From positions 96,001 through 160,000 of the forward strand of contig CAVPLM010000005.1 of NCBI GenBank assembly GCA_963706025.1: a stretch of 64,000 bases of DNA. Reading direction: 5' to 3'. Position numbers and translations under genes: made by a program. Of the stretch, positions 1 to 10,151 are shown piece by piece. The first letter of the stretch is position 1. Every line of letters starts with the position of its first letter. The stretch is from an uncultured Actinomycetes bacterium. GTDB taxonomy: Bacteria; Actinomycetota; Thermoleophilia; RBG-16-64-13. The notes beneath the pieces are model-generated. The model made no database searches and was not told where the DNA came from. It saw nothing but the letters and a program-made list of their open reading frames with translations.

Positions 1-269
1 CGGGGGGTGCTAAAGGTAAACGCTATGCTCTCCCGAATTCGAAGATACTGATCCATCAGGTATCGGGAGGCTTCGAAGGGCCGGCGACCGACATCGAGAT
101 CCACGCTCGCGAAGCGCTCAGCCTGCGAAAGCGTCTTGACGAGATACTCGCCGAGCAGACAGGCCAAGAGCTGGAAAAGGTCGAGCAGGACACCGAGCGG
201 GACTACTTCATGACGGCCGAGGATTCTCTCGCGTACGGGATCATCGACAAGATACTCGAGCACAGGTAG
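1..269 (+). CDS. clpP: ATP-dependent Clp protease proteolytic subunit, 5'-truncated by window edge
   Basis: Frame from nt 3 reads [19 protein letters not shown]...[25 protein letters not shown] at 267-269; catalytic His and Asp motifs; directly upstream of clpX. Confidence 0.97.
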   Translation, partial: GGAKGKRYALPNSKILIHQVSGGFEGPATDIEIHAREALSLRKRLDEILAEQTGQELEKVEQDTERDYFMTAEDSLAYGIIDKILEHR

Positions 270-282
270 AGGGGGTCGACTG

Positions 283-1554
283 GTGCCGAAGCCGCCGGGA
301 GGGTCCGAGCAGCTGCTCTGCAGCTTCTGCGGGAAGAGCCAGCGTCAGGTCAAGAAGCTGATCGCCGGGCCGGGCGTGTATATCTGCGACGAGTGCATCG
401 ATCTCTGCAACGAGATCATCGATGAGGAACTCGCTCCGCCGGCGTCTCTCGACCTGGAGAACCTGCCCAAGCCCAAGCAGATCTACTCCGTCCTGTCCGA
501 CTACGTGATCGGGCAGGAGGAGGCCAAGCGCGCTCTGTCGGTGGCCGTCTACAACCACTACAAGCGCGTGCACATGGGCGCCTTCGACGAGGGCGACGTG
601 GAGCTGCAGAAATCCAACATCCTCCTCCTCGGTCCCACCGGGTGCGGCAAGACCCTCCTGGCCCAGACCCTGGCCCGCATCCTCAACGTGCCCTTCGCCA
701 TCGCCGACGCCACCGCCCTTACCGAAGCCGGCTACGTGGGCGAGGACGTGGAGAACATCCTCCTCAAGCTCATCCAGGCGGCGGACTTCGATGTCAAGAA
801 GGCCGAGACCGGCATCATCTACATCGACGAGGTCGACAAGATCGCCCGCAAGGCCGACAACCCTTCCATCACCCGGGACGTCTCGGGGGAGGGAGTGCAG
901 CAGGCCCTGCTCAAGATCCTGGAAGGCACCACGGCCAGCGTCCCGCCCCAAGGCGGTCGAAAGCACCCGCACCAGGAGTTCCTGACCATCGACACCACGA
1001 ACATCCTCTTCATCTGCGGCGGAGCCTTCGCCGGTCTGGAGAAGATCATCGAACGCAGGATCGGCAAGAAGGGCGTGGGCTTCGGGGCCGAGATCGAGAG
1101 CAAGAATCAGCGCGACGTGGGCGAGCTGTTCGCCAAGGTGCTGCCCGAGGACCTGCTGGAATTCGGGCTCATCCCCGAGTTCATCGGGCGTCTGCCGGTG
1201 ATCTGCAACGTGCATCAGCTCCGCCAGGAGGACCTGGTCGCTATCCTCACCGAGCCTAAGAACGCCCTCTCCAAGCAGTATCACAAGTTCTTCGCGTACG
1301 ACGGGGTGGATCTGATCTTCGCCAGGGACGCGCTCGAGGCCATCGCGCAGCAGGCGTTGAAACTGGAGACGGGGGCTCGCGGGTTGCGCTCGATCATCGA
1401 ATCGGCGCTCACCAATGTGATGTTCGAACTGCCCAGCCGACGGGATGTGAGCAAGTGCGTGGTCACCCGGGAGGTCATAGAGAAGCGGATCGACCCCACT
1501 CTGGTCACCAGCACTGCGCGCGAGGAGCTGGAGCTGGATCAAGAATCCGCATAG
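283..1554 (+). CDS. clpX: Clp protease ATP-binding subunit ClpX
   Basis: N-terminal C4 zinc finger (CSFC..ICDEC), Walker [23 protein letters not shown] loop, VGF loop. Confidence 0.98.
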   Translation: MPKPPGGSEQLLCSFCGKSQRQVKKLIAGPGVYICDECIDLCNEIIDEELAPPASLDLENLPKPKQIYSVLSDYVIGQEEAKRALSVAVYNHYKRVHMGAFDEGDVELQKSNILLLGPTGCGKTLLAQTLARILNVPFAIADATALTEAGYVGEDVENILLKLIQAADFDVKKAETGIIYIDEVDKIARKADNPSITRDVSGEGVQQALLKILEGTTASVPPQGGRKHPHQEFLTIDTTNILFICGGAFAGLEKIIERRIGKKGVGFGAEIESKNQRDVGELFAKVLPEDLLEFGLIPEFIGRLPVICNVHQLRQEDLVAILTEPKNALSKQYHKFFAYDGVDLIFARDALEAIAQQALKLETGARGLRSIIESALTNVMFELPSRRDVSKCVVTREVIEKRIDPTLVTSTAREELELDQESA

Positions 1555-1567
1555 GCGGGGACGGATA

Positions 1568-4207
1568 ATGTCTGAATTGCAGCGGGCGGTCCCGCTCCTG
1601 GCCACGCGCGACCTCGTTCTCTTTCCCGGAATGCTGGCGCCGATCTTCGTCGAGCGGGACAAGGGCGTTCGTGCCCTCGAGCAGACGAGCCAGTCCGACG
1701 GGCTCCTGATCATGGCGGCGCAAAGATCGGCGGTCACCGACGACCCTGAGCCCGGAGATATCCATCGCGTCGGGACTCTGGCCAAGGTGGTGCAGTTCTC
1801 CCGTCTCTCCGACGGGACCTTGAAGGCACTGATCGAGGGCCGGCAGCGGGTCGTGATCGATACCTTCGAATCGGTATCGCCGTTCTTCACCGTGGCCTAC
1901 AGTCCGGTGCTCACCAAGCCCAAGGGCAGGCAGCCCCGTCTGCGGGCGCTGATGGACTCGGTGGCGCGGGAGTTCGCCAACTACGTGGGTCAGACCCCCC
2001 AATTGCCCGAGGAGGCCGAGACCGCCCTGGAGGTGGTCACCGACCCTGAGGAGATGGTGAACGTAGCGGCCTCGAATCTCATGATCGGGCCCGACCGCAA
2101 GCAGGAGCTTCTGGAAGGGGAAGAGCCCGAAGCCCGCCTACTCCTATTGCTCGAGACCCTTATCCAGGAGAACGAGTTCATCGCGCTGGAGAACGAGATC
2201 TCCGAGCGCGTGCACGACAACTTCGAACGACAGCAGCGCCGGGTGTTTCTTCACGAGCGTCTGAAGGTCCTTCAGGAGGAGCTGGGCGAGGAGGGCGAGG
2301 AGGACAGCGAGAGAGGCACGTACCTCAGGCAGCTGGCGGAGAAGAAGCTGCCCGAGGCGGCTGCGGCTGCGCTCACCAAAGAGATCAAGCGCCTGGGCGA
2401 TCTTCCGCCCTTGTCGGCCGAGGTGGCGGTGGCCAAGACCTACCTCGACACCGCCCTGGGGCTGCCCTGGGGGGTGCAGTCAGGGTCTTCCGCCCCCGAC
2501 GTAGCCGCTGTGGCCCGGGTCCTCGACGAGACTCACTACGGGCTGAAGAACGTGAAGGACCGCATCATCGAATATCTGGCCGTGGCTTCGTTGCGGGGCG
2601 GTACGCCCCCTCACGCCATCCTGTGCCTGGTGGGTCCCCCCGGAGTGGGCAAGACCTCGGTGGCTATGGCCACCGCCAAGGGGCTGGAGCGTCCCCTTCA
2701 GCGCATCAGTCTGGGCGGGGTGCGGGACGAGGGCGAGATCCGGGGACACCGGCGCACCTACGTGGGCGCCATGCCCGGCCGCATCATCGACGCCCTGAAG
2801 CGGGCGGGGGTGGACGATCCGGTGGTGGTCCTTGACGAGATCGACAAGATGGAGTCAGACTGGCGGGGCGACCCGGCGGCGGCTCTGATGGAGGTCCTCG
2901 ACCCGGTGCAGAACCGGACGTTCCGGGACAACTACCTGGAGTTGGAGTACGACCTGTCGCACGTGTTCTTCATCGCCACAGCGAACTACGAAGAAGACAT
3001 CCCCGAGACCCTGCACGACCGGCTGGAGATCATCCGCCTGCCGGGCTACACCGACCGGGAGAAGTCCGAGATCGCCCAACGCCATCTGGTCCCCAAGATC
3101 GCTGAGGAGAGCGGGTTGAGCGACCTGGGCAACGTGTTCACGCCGGCGGCGCTGCGCCTGCTGATACGCGAGTACACGCGGGAAGCAGGAGTGCGGGAGG
3201 TGGCCCGTTTGGTCGGCAAAGTGTACCGGCGCTTGGCGCGCATGAAGGTGGAGAGCAGGCCGGTGCCGCGCAGGCTGGGGCCGCGCGATCTGGCCCGGTT
3301 GGTGGGGCCGGCGCCGTTCCTGGCGGCTCGTCTTGGTACGGAACCCCAGGTGGGGGTCAGTCTGGGTCTGGCATACACCGGAGCCGGGGGAGATGTCCTG
3401 CGCATCGAATGCGTGGTCAGTCCCGGTAAAGGGGACTTCCATCTCACCGGCCAACTGGGCGAGATCATGCAGGAAAGCGTGACCGCGGCCTGGGGCTACC
3501 TGAAGACATCGCTGGCCAGGGACCCCGCGCTGTCCGGTCTCTGGTTGGACTCTCCCGGCCGCGCGTACCTTCTCGAGAACTATCAGCCTCCGGAGACGGC
3601 GGAGGATGCCGGTGTCCCTGCACTGCCGGCGGACCGGAACGACACCGAGGCCGTCTGGGGGCCCGCGGACTTCCCGACGGCCATGGGGAAGGTGATCGAG
3701 ATAGGGGGGCGCGACTCCAGCTTCCGCCCGGATGAGACCGGAGAAGAGAGCGGACCGCGCCGGACCGAACGTGGCCACGATCGACGGGCATCCGAGTGCG
3801 AGCCTCCGCAGCCCTCGGACCACGAGCTGTTGTCGGCTCTGGAAGTGCGCATGCATTTCCCCGAAGGGGGCGTCCCCAAAGAGGGGCCGTCGGCGGGGAT
3901 AGCCGTGGCCACCGCGCTACTTTCGGCTCTGGTCCAAGCGCCGGTCTTGCCCAAGGTGGCCTTGTCCGGCGAGATCACGCTTACAGGCCAGGTGCTGCCG
4001 GTGGGCGGTCTCAAAGAGAAACTCCTCGCCGCCCTCCGGGAAGGAGTGGAGACGGTGGTCCTGCCGGGGACGATCCGGCCGCAGGTGCACGAGTTGCCCG
4101 CCGAACTCAAGAAGGGGCTCGACATCGTGTACGTGGACAACTTCGTCGACGTGCTCCCTCACGTGTTCCTAGGGTCCAGCGGGCCAGAGGAGGCGGAGCA
4201 GCCTTGA
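1568..4207 (+). CDS. lon: Lon (La) protease with a ~95 aa insertion in the protease domain
   Basis: LON_N domain, [28 protein letters not shown], catalytic GPSAG Ser and GGLKEK Lys. Confidence 0.96.
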   Translation: MSELQRAVPLLATRDLVLFPGMLAPIFVERDKGVRALEQTSQSDGLLIMAAQRSAVTDDPEPGDIHRVGTLAKVVQFSRLSDGTLKALIEGRQRVVIDTFESVSPFFTVAYSPVLTKPKGRQPRLRALMDSVAREFANYVGQTPQLPEEAETALEVVTDPEEMVNVAASNLMIGPDRKQELLEGEEPEARLLLLLETLIQENEFIALENEISERVHDNFERQQRRVFLHERLKVLQEELGEEGEEDSERGTYLRQLAEKKLPEAAAAALTKEIKRLGDLPPLSAEVAVAKTYLDTALGLPWGVQSGSSAPDVAAVARVLDETHYGLKNVKDRIIEYLAVASLRGGTPPHAILCLVGPPGVGKTSVAMATAKGLERPLQRISLGGVRDEGEIRGHRRTYVGAMPGRIIDALKRAGVDDPVVVLDEIDKMESDWRGDPAAALMEVLDPVQNRTFRDNYLELEYDLSHVFFIATANYEEDIPETLHDRLEIIRLPGYTDREKSEIAQRHLVPKIAEESGLSDLGNVFTPAALRLLIREYTREAGVREVARLVGKVYRRLARMKVESRPVPRRLGPRDLARLVGPAPFLAARLGTEPQVGVSLGLAYTGAGGDVLRIECVVSPGKGDFHLTGQLGEIMQESVTAAWGYLKTSLARDPALSGLWLDSPGRAYLLENYQPPETAEDAGVPALPADRNDTEAVWGPADFPTAMGKVIEIGGRDSSFRPDETGEESGPRRTERGHDRRASECEPPQPSDHELLSALEVRMHFPEGGVPKEGPSAGIAVATALLSALVQAPVLPKVALSGEITLTGQVLPVGGLKEKLLAALREGVETVVLPGTIRPQVHELPAELKKGLDIVYVDNFVDVLPHVFLGSSGPEEAEQP

Positions 4208-6885
4208 CCGAGATCGTCATGGCCGCTCGCTACGCGGCTAACGAAGTCGAGGGGCGGATCATGCAGCGTTGGCTCGACCGCTCGGCCTTCCGGGCGGCCG
4301 CCGCCGACCCTCGTCCGCCCTACACGATCGCCATCCCGCCGCCGAACGTCACCGGCTCGCTGCACATGGGCCACGCCCTCAACGACACCATCCAGGACAT
4401 CCTGATCCGCTATCACCACCTGCGCGGGCTGAACACTCTGTGGATAGTGGGCACCGACCACGCCGGCATCGCCACCCAGAACAAAGTGGAGGCCCAGCTG
4501 GCCGACGAAGGGGTGCGGAAGGAAGACATCGGCCGCGAGGCCTTCGAGCAACGGGTGTGGGAATGGAGGCGCCAGTACGGCTCCACCATCATCCACCAGC
4601 TCAAGCGCCTGGGCTGCGCCTGCGACTACGAGTCCGAGCGGTTCACGATGGACGAGGCCTACCAACAGGCGGTGGTCAAGGTCTTCGTGTCGCTCTACGA
4701 GAAGGGCGACATCTACCGGGATGTCTACCTGGTCAACTGGTGCGTCCGCTGCGGTTCGGCTATCTCCGACCTGGAGGTGGAGCACGAGGAGCGGTCGGCC
4801 AAGCTGTACTACGTGAAGTACCCCGTGGCGGACTCGGGCGAGACGCTGATGGTCGCTACCACACGCCCCGAGACCATCCTCGGAGATACCGCGGTGGCGG
4901 TCAATCCCAAGGATACTCGCTATGGGCGCTTTGTAGGGAAGACCGCGGTGGTGCCGCTGGTGGGCCGCGAGGTTCCCATCATCGCCGACGAGCACGTGGA
5001 TATCGGCTTCGGGACCGGCGCCCTCAAGATCACCCCGGGTCACGACCCGGACGACTGGGAGATCGGTCTGCGTCACGGCCTTCCCAGCGTGTCCGTCATC
5101 GGCCTGGATGGACTCATGACCGCGGAGGCGGGCGAGTTCGAAGGGCTCACCGCCGTCGAGGCCCGCGAGGCGGTCGTGGAACGACTGGAACAGCAGGGCT
5201 TGTTCGTCAAAGCCGAGGATTACGATCACGCGGTCAGCACCTGCTACCGCTGCGGTACGACCATCGAGCCGCTTCTGTCCCTGCAGTGGTTCATGGACAT
5301 GAAGCGCCTGGCGCAACCCGCGATCGAGGCCGTGGAAGACGGACGAGTCCGCTTCGTGCCCGGGCGCTGGGGCGAGGTGTACCTCGACTGGATGCGGGGC
5401 ATCCGGCCCTGGTGCATCAGCCGCCAGCTGTGGTGGGGGCATCGCATACCGGCCTATTTCTGCGAGGCCTGCGACCACCTCATGGTGGCGGCGGTCCCGC
5501 CGGCCGCTTGCGAGAAGTGCGGCGGATCCGTGCGCCACGAGGAGGATGTGCTCGACACCTGGTTCAGCTCCGCTCTCTGGCCGTTCGCCACTCTGGGCTG
5601 GCCGGAGGAGACGCCGCAGCTCCAGACCTTCTATCCCACCACGGTACTGTCCACCGCCCGGGACATCATCTACCTGTGGGTGGCTCGGATGATCATGATG
5701 GGACTCGAGTTCAGAGGAGACGTGCCTTTTAGGGACGTCATCATCCATCCGACGGTGCTGGCCGCGGACGGAAGACGCATGAGCAAGAGCCTGGGCACGG
5801 GAGTCGACCCGCTCGACCTCATCGCCGAATACGGAGCCGACGCCACCCGCTTCGGGCTGGCCTACATGAGCTCGGTGCAAGACGTGCGCTTCAGCGCGGA
5901 GCGCATCGAGATGGGCCGGAATTTCGCCAACAAGATCTGGAACGCTTCTCGCCTGGTGCTTCAGGGTACCCACCCTCAGGCTGAACCACAGGTGGAGCTT
6001 GGGACGGTAGCCGACCGCTGGATCTTCAGCCGGCTGGCGACGGTCACCAAAGAAGTCGCCGTCCTGTACGAGAGCTACGAGTTCGACGATGTGGCCCGGC
6101 TCCTGTATCGCTTCGTTTGGAACGAGCTCTGCGACTGGTACCTGGAGGTGGCCAAGACCCGCCTCTACAGCGCCGACGAGACGGAGCGCCGCCAGGTGAG
6201 CGGGAACTTGCTCTACCTCCTCGAGCGGGTGATGGTTCTGCTGCATCCGCTCATGCCGTTCGTGACCGAGGAGATCTACGGCTACCTGCCCCAGGTGGTC
6301 TCGGGACGGCATCCCGCGAGCCTGTTCGATGCGCGGTACCCCGACGAGCAGACCACGTGGATGGATCCCGACGCTGAGGCGGCTATGGCGGCGTTCACCG
6401 CTGTGGTCGGGGGGCTGAGGTCGGCGAGGGAGGAGCTGGGCCTGGCTCGGGACGTGACCGGCAAAGTGGTGGTGCTCGAACTGGAACCGGGGGCGGTCTC
6501 GGCTCTTGCCGGCCTCAAGGGCGCGTTCCGCCAACTCTCTGGATGCGAGCTCCTTCAGGTCGTCCTCGGCGGAGAGAGCCCGGCCGGGCGCTACGCGTCC
6601 ATCGAGGGACCGGGGGTGAAAGCCCTGCTCGATCTCGAGGGCTTGGTGGACGTCGACCGGGAGCGCGCTCGCCTGGTGGCCAAGGCTCAGAAGGCGCACG
6701 GAGAAGCCGCCAAGGCCCGGGCGAAGCTGGGCAACCCCGGCTTTCTGGCCAAGGCGCCCGAAGCGGTGGTGGCCGAAGAGCGAGGCCGCCTGGCGGAGGC
6801 CGAAGCGGTGCTGGAGGAGGTAGGGCGGCAGTACGCCGAGCGCGTCGGGGGAGAGCTGCCGTTCACGGAGGTAACGAAGAAGTGA
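4204..6885 (+). CDS. valS: Valine--tRNA ligase
   Basis: PPPNVTGSLHMGH, WCISRQLWWGH, DVLDTWFSS, RMSKS, C-terminal coiled-coil arm; TTG start overlaps the lon stop (alternative ATG at 4219). Confidence 0.97.
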   Translation: MTEIVMAARYAANEVEGRIMQRWLDRSAFRAAAADPRPPYTIAIPPPNVTGSLHMGHALNDTIQDILIRYHHLRGLNTLWIVGTDHAGIATQNKVEAQLADEGVRKEDIGREAFEQRVWEWRRQYGSTIIHQLKRLGCACDYESERFTMDEAYQQAVVKVFVSLYEKGDIYRDVYLVNWCVRCGSAISDLEVEHEERSAKLYYVKYPVADSGETLMVATTRPETILGDTAVAVNPKDTRYGRFVGKTAVVPLVGREVPIIADEHVDIGFGTGALKITPGHDPDDWEIGLRHGLPSVSVIGLDGLMTAEAGEFEGLTAVEAREAVVERLEQQGLFVKAEDYDHAVSTCYRCGTTIEPLLSLQWFMDMKRLAQPAIEAVEDGRVRFVPGRWGEVYLDWMRGIRPWCISRQLWWGHRIPAYFCEACDHLMVAAVPPAACEKCGGSVRHEEDVLDTWFSSALWPFATLGWPEETPQLQTFYPTTVLSTARDIIYLWVARMIMMGLEFRGDVPFRDVIIHPTVLAADGRRMSKSLGTGVDPLDLIAEYGADATRFGLAYMSSVQDVRFSAERIEMGRNFANKIWNASRLVLQGTHPQAEPQVELGTVADRWIFSRLATVTKEVAVLYESYEFDDVARLLYRFVWNELCDWYLEVAKTRLYSADETERRQVSGNLLYLLERVMVLLHPLMPFVTEEIYGYLPQVVSGRHPASLFDARYPDEQTTWMDPDAEAAMAAFTAVVGGLRSAREELGLARDVTGKVVVLELEPGAVSALAGLKGAFRQLSGCELLQVVLGGESPAGRYASIEGPGVKALLDLEGLVDVDRERARLVAKAQKAHGEAAKARAKLGNPGFLAKAPEAVVAEERGRLAEAEAVLEEVGRQYAERVGGELPFTEVTKK

Positions 6886-8210
6886 GCGGAGAGAGAGCGA
6901 GCGAGGACAAGGCGGGCGGGTCCGCGTGCAGCCCTGAGGAGACGTGGGAGTACGTCAACAGCCTGGAGCGGTTGGGTATGCGTCTGGGCCTCGAGCGTGT
7001 CACCAAGCTGGTGGAAGCCCTGGGAGATCCTCACAAGGCCTACCGCACCATCCACGTGGTGGGTACGAACGGCAAGAGCTCGACCACCCGCTTCATCTCC
7101 TCGCTATTGGAAGCCCAAGGCTTCAGGGTGGGCGCGTACGTGTCCCCCCACCTGGTCAGCCTGGCCGAGAGGCAGATGGTGGACTCCTGCCCTTCCACCG
7201 AAGCTGAGTTCTGCGAACTTGTCGCCCGCGTCCGCCCCGTCGTCGAGGAGCTCGAGCGTACGCTCCCTGAGGGAGAGCACCTGACTCAGTTCGAGGTGCT
7301 GACCGCCGTCGCCTTGCTCCATTTCAGGGAGCAAGGCTGCGAGGTGGCCGTTATCGAGGCCGGCCTGGGCGGCCGCCTTGACGCGACCGCGGTCATCTCT
7401 TCCGAGGTGCAGGTCCTCACCAGCATCGGTAGGGAGCACACTGAGCTTCTGGGCGAAACGCTCTCCGCCATCCTCAAGGAGAAGGCGGCGGTCATCCCGT
7501 CGAAGGGGCGGGTCGTCGCCGGATGGCTGGACCCGGATTTGAAGGCCGAGTTGAAGGATATCTGCGTCGACCGAGACGCAGCGTGTCACTTATTGGGCGA
7601 GGAAGTCGTGATCCTCACCGATCCGCGGGCGGAGTCGTTCGACGTCTTCGGCGTCTATGGCTGCTACACCGATCTGCGCCTCAGAGTGTTGGGTGGTTAC
7701 CAGCGGGCCAATGCTGCCCTGGCTGTGGCCGCTGTGGAGCTGTTCACCGGCGGGGAATTGGACCCCGCTTCGGTCCGCGAGGCTCTTGCCTCCACTGCGG
7801 TCCCCGGCCGGCTGGAGGTCATCGGCACCCAGCCGCTTTGCATCTTCGATGGCTCTCACAATCCCCCAGGGATGGCGGAGACCGTGGCGTCACTCGATCA
7901 GATCCTCGAGCGGCGTAGGTTGATCGCCGTGGTCTCGATCCTTCGGGACAAGGAGGCCTCGGAGATGATGCGCCATCTGGCTTCCCGGTGCGACATCATC
8001 TTCGCCACACAGAGTTCCAGTTCCCGCGCATTGACCGCCGACGAGCTGGCCGCTGTCATATCGGGATTAGGCAAAGGTCCGGAGGTGTTCGTCGACCCGG
8101 ACCCACGCTCGGCCATGGTGAGCGCGTACCGGCTGGCAACGTCCAATCAAGTGATCCTGGTGACCGGCTCTTTGACGCTCATCTCCGATTTGAAGCGAGG
8201 ACTGAGCTGA
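6882..8210 (+). CDS. folC: Folylpolyglutamate synthase / dihydrofolate synthase
   Basis: IHVVGTNGKSST, YVSPHL, EAGLGGRLDAT, PGRLE, DGSHN, TGSL; GTGA overlap with valS stop and GGAGGT RBS. Confidence 0.96.
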   Translation: MSGERASEDKAGGSACSPEETWEYVNSLERLGMRLGLERVTKLVEALGDPHKAYRTIHVVGTNGKSSTTRFISSLLEAQGFRVGAYVSPHLVSLAERQMVDSCPSTEAEFCELVARVRPVVEELERTLPEGEHLTQFEVLTAVALLHFREQGCEVAVIEAGLGGRLDATAVISSEVQVLTSIGREHTELLGETLSAILKEKAAVIPSKGRVVAGWLDPDLKAELKDICVDRDAACHLLGEEVVILTDPRAESFDVFGVYGCYTDLRLRVLGGYQRANAALAVAAVELFTGGELDPASVREALASTAVPGRLEVIGTQPLCIFDGSHNPPGMAETVASLDQILERRRLIAVVSILRDKEASEMMRHLASRCDIIFATQSSSSRALTADELAAVISGLGKGPEVFVDPDPRSAMVSAYRLATSNQVILVTGSLTLISDLKRGLS

Positions 8211-8219
8211 CCGTGACCG

Positions 8220-8228
8220 TGGTATTCT
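8220..8228 (+). promoter_or_regulatory. Putative extended -10 promoter (TGgTATTCT)
   Basis: TG-N-TANNNT in the folC to Zn-ribbon gene gap. Confidence 0.45.
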
Positions 8229-8275
8229 TTACGGCCGGTTATGTCTTCACCCAGGTCCTGAACTAGGGGTGCGGG

Positions 8276-8782
8276 TTGGACGAGCTCTTCGAGACCGTCA
8301 ACACGATCATCAGCTCTCCTCTCTGGATACTCGCCGGGTATGTCTTTGGTTTCTGCGTGGTGGTCCTCTGGTTGGCGCTCGTTTTCTGGACCTACAAAGA
8401 TGCCCGCAAGCGCATCGACGATCCGGTCATCGTGGCGGTGGCCGTTCTCACCTCGCTGATCCTGCCCTTCATGGGCACTGTGGTCTATGCGATTCTCCGG
8501 CCGGCCGAATACTTGGCCGAGGCCCGAGAGCGAGAGTTGGAGGTGCGGGCCATGGAGCAGGAGTTACAGGTCCTGAGGGCTTGTCCCTCCTGCGGCGAGT
8601 TGATCCGACCGGACTACCTGGCCTGTCCCAGCTGTCGGCGGCCCCTGCGGTCGGCCTGCCCCTCGTGCGACAGGGTACTGGAGCCGAGCTGGAAGATATG
8701 TCCTTATTGCGCCCACGACTCGAAGGCCCGTAGGGTCCCACCTCCGATGGATGAGACCTCCGAGCTCATTGAGGCCCGGTGA
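8276..8782 (+). CDS. Membrane protein with C-terminal double zinc ribbon, function unknown
   Basis: Two hydrophobic N-terminal helices, charged helix, then CPSC/CPSC/CPSC/CPYC. Confidence 0.85.
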   Translation: MDELFETVNTIISSPLWILAGYVFGFCVVVLWLALVFWTYKDARKRIDDPVIVAVAVLTSLILPFMGTVVYAILRPAEYLAEARERELEVRAMEQELQVLRACPSCGELIRPDYLACPSCRRPLRSACPSCDRVLEPSWKICPYCAHDSKARRVPPPMDETSELIEAR

Positions 8783-8887
8783 AGATCTGACCGGCGTTTG
8801 CGCCTCGTGTCCTGTGTGATCGGGCTCCGTGGGGGCCCTTATCATGAATCGTGCGCTGATTATCGCCCGGAGAGTCTGGAGGGAAGA

Positions 8888-9310
8888 GTGATAGAACGGA
8901 CGCTCGTATTGGTCAAGCCAAGCGGTGTGGCTCGTGGTCTCATCGGGGAAGTCATAAGCAGATTGGAGCGGCGGGGCCTCTCCATCAAGGTCGCACGCTT
9001 GCTCGTGGTGACCCCGGAGATGGCTGCCAGCCACTACGCGGAGCACAAGGGGAAGGACTTCTACGAGGTTTTGGTTGAGCACATCACGTCGGCCCCGATC
9101 TTCGCCATGGTCGTCGAGGGCCCCTCGGCGGTGAAGGTGGTCCGGGGCATGATGGGAGCCACGAACCCTCTGGAGGCTGCTCCGGGTACGGTGCGGGGCG
9201 ATTTCGGGCTGGATGTGCGGCGAAACGTGGTGCACAGCGCGGACAGCTTGGCCAGTGCCGAGCGCGAGATCGAGATCTTCTTCCCGGAGGGTGGAGACCT
9301 GGTCCCCTGA
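8888..9310 (+). CDS. ndk: Nucleoside diphosphate kinase
   Basis: ERTLVLVKP, GATNP..A.PGTVRGDFG, NVVHSADS with phospho-acceptor His; GTG 8888 after GGAGGG. Confidence 0.96.
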   Translation: MIERTLVLVKPSGVARGLIGEVISRLERRGLSIKVARLLVVTPEMAASHYAEHKGKDFYEVLVEHITSAPIFAMVVEGPSAVKVVRGMMGATNPLEAAPGTVRGDFGLDVRRNVVHSADSLASAEREIEIFFPEGGDLVP

Positions 9311-9343
9311 GCGGTTCCGTAGATCACTCAATCAGAGAAAAGG

Positions 9344-10042
9344 ATGACTTCGGGCGGGACTGTGGATCTCAGGCCGTCATTCCCAGCTGATTTCCAGCTT
9401 GTCCTCGCGTCGCAGTCTCCGCGCCGGCACTCTCTTCTGCGAGATGTCGGGGTCCCTTTCACCGTCGTGCCCTCAGATGCCGAGGAAGTGCTTGAGGGAG
9501 AGGCTGTCGCCGCTTTGGCCGAGAAGAACGCCGTATCCAAAGTGCGAGGAGGAGCTCTGCCTGCCGGTATCGTGCCGGGTGCGTTCGTTTTGGGCACGGA
9601 CACCCTGGTGACCGTCGGCGGTCGAGCCATGGGCAAGCCGGGCTCGGCCGGCGAGGCGGCCCAGATGCTCGAAGCCCTCTCGGGTAGGACGCACCAGGTC
9701 GTCTCTGGGGTGGCGCTCGCGCGGACCGTTCGGCCTTCTGGAATGGTCGATGCCTTCTTGACGGTCGGACGCGGCGGCTCCGTGATCCTGTCCGAGGTCC
9801 TTGTCGAGCATGCCGTGACCGACGTGACCTTTCTCGCTCTGGAAGCGGCGGACGTGGATGCCTACATCGCCTCGGGGGAATGGAGGGGCAAGGCGGGGGC
9901 CTATGCCGTCCAAGGCTTGGCCGGATCTTTCGTCTCGGAGATACGGGGTGAGTACAGCAATGTGGTAGGACTCCCTCTGTGCCTGCTCGCTCGCATGTTC
10001 AGGGAGTCGGGCTTCGATCTGCTGCGGCGGACCTGGCTTTGA
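9344..10042 (+). CDS. maf: Maf family nucleoside triphosphate pyrophosphatase
   Basis: LVLASQSPRR, GTDTLV, MGKP, LSGRTHQV, KAGAYAVQG, YSNVVGLP. Confidence 0.94.
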   Translation: MTSGGTVDLRPSFPADFQLVLASQSPRRHSLLRDVGVPFTVVPSDAEEVLEGEAVAALAEKNAVSKVRGGALPAGIVPGAFVLGTDTLVTVGGRAMGKPGSAGEAAQMLEALSGRTHQVVSGVALARTVRPSGMVDAFLTVGRGGSVILSEVLVEHAVTDVTFLALEAADVDAYIASGEWRGKAGAYAVQGLAGSFVSEIRGEYSNVVGLPLCLLARMFRESGFDLLRRTWL

Positions 10043-10082
10043 GCGGCTTGTTTGCCGGCCGCCCGCCGCGTTCGCGGGCCAG

Positions 10083-10097
10083 CGGGTATAATACCCG
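10083..10097 (+). promoter_or_regulatory. TATAAT -10 box inside a perfect 7-1-7 palindrome upstream of mreB
   Basis: CGGGTAT-A-ATACCCG; TATAAT at 10087-10092. Confidence 0.55.
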
Positions 10098-10151
10098 GGC
10101 GCCGTGTCCCGAGGGACGCGGCTCGGCGAGCGCTTACCTGGAGGACGCTTT

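Noticed and set aside
241-1890. Long minus-strand ORFs (241-1890, 4159-6699, 12987-14501, 25835-27355, 33985-35613, 46998-48104 and others)
   Set aside because: They lie antisense to well-conserved genes, have no recognisable motifs, and are the usual shadow frames of high-GC coding DNA
3505-3840. Lon insertion as an intein
   Set aside because: No terminal His-Asn followed by Cys/Ser/Thr, no recognisable splicing blocks and no homing endonuclease motifs
3796-4203. 136-aa N-terminal extension of ValS in the ORF track (similar extensions for folC, Rne/Rng, ftsW, the RluA-family gene and yggS)
   Set aside because: These overlap the upstream gene out of frame; family similarity begins at the coupled start codons given above
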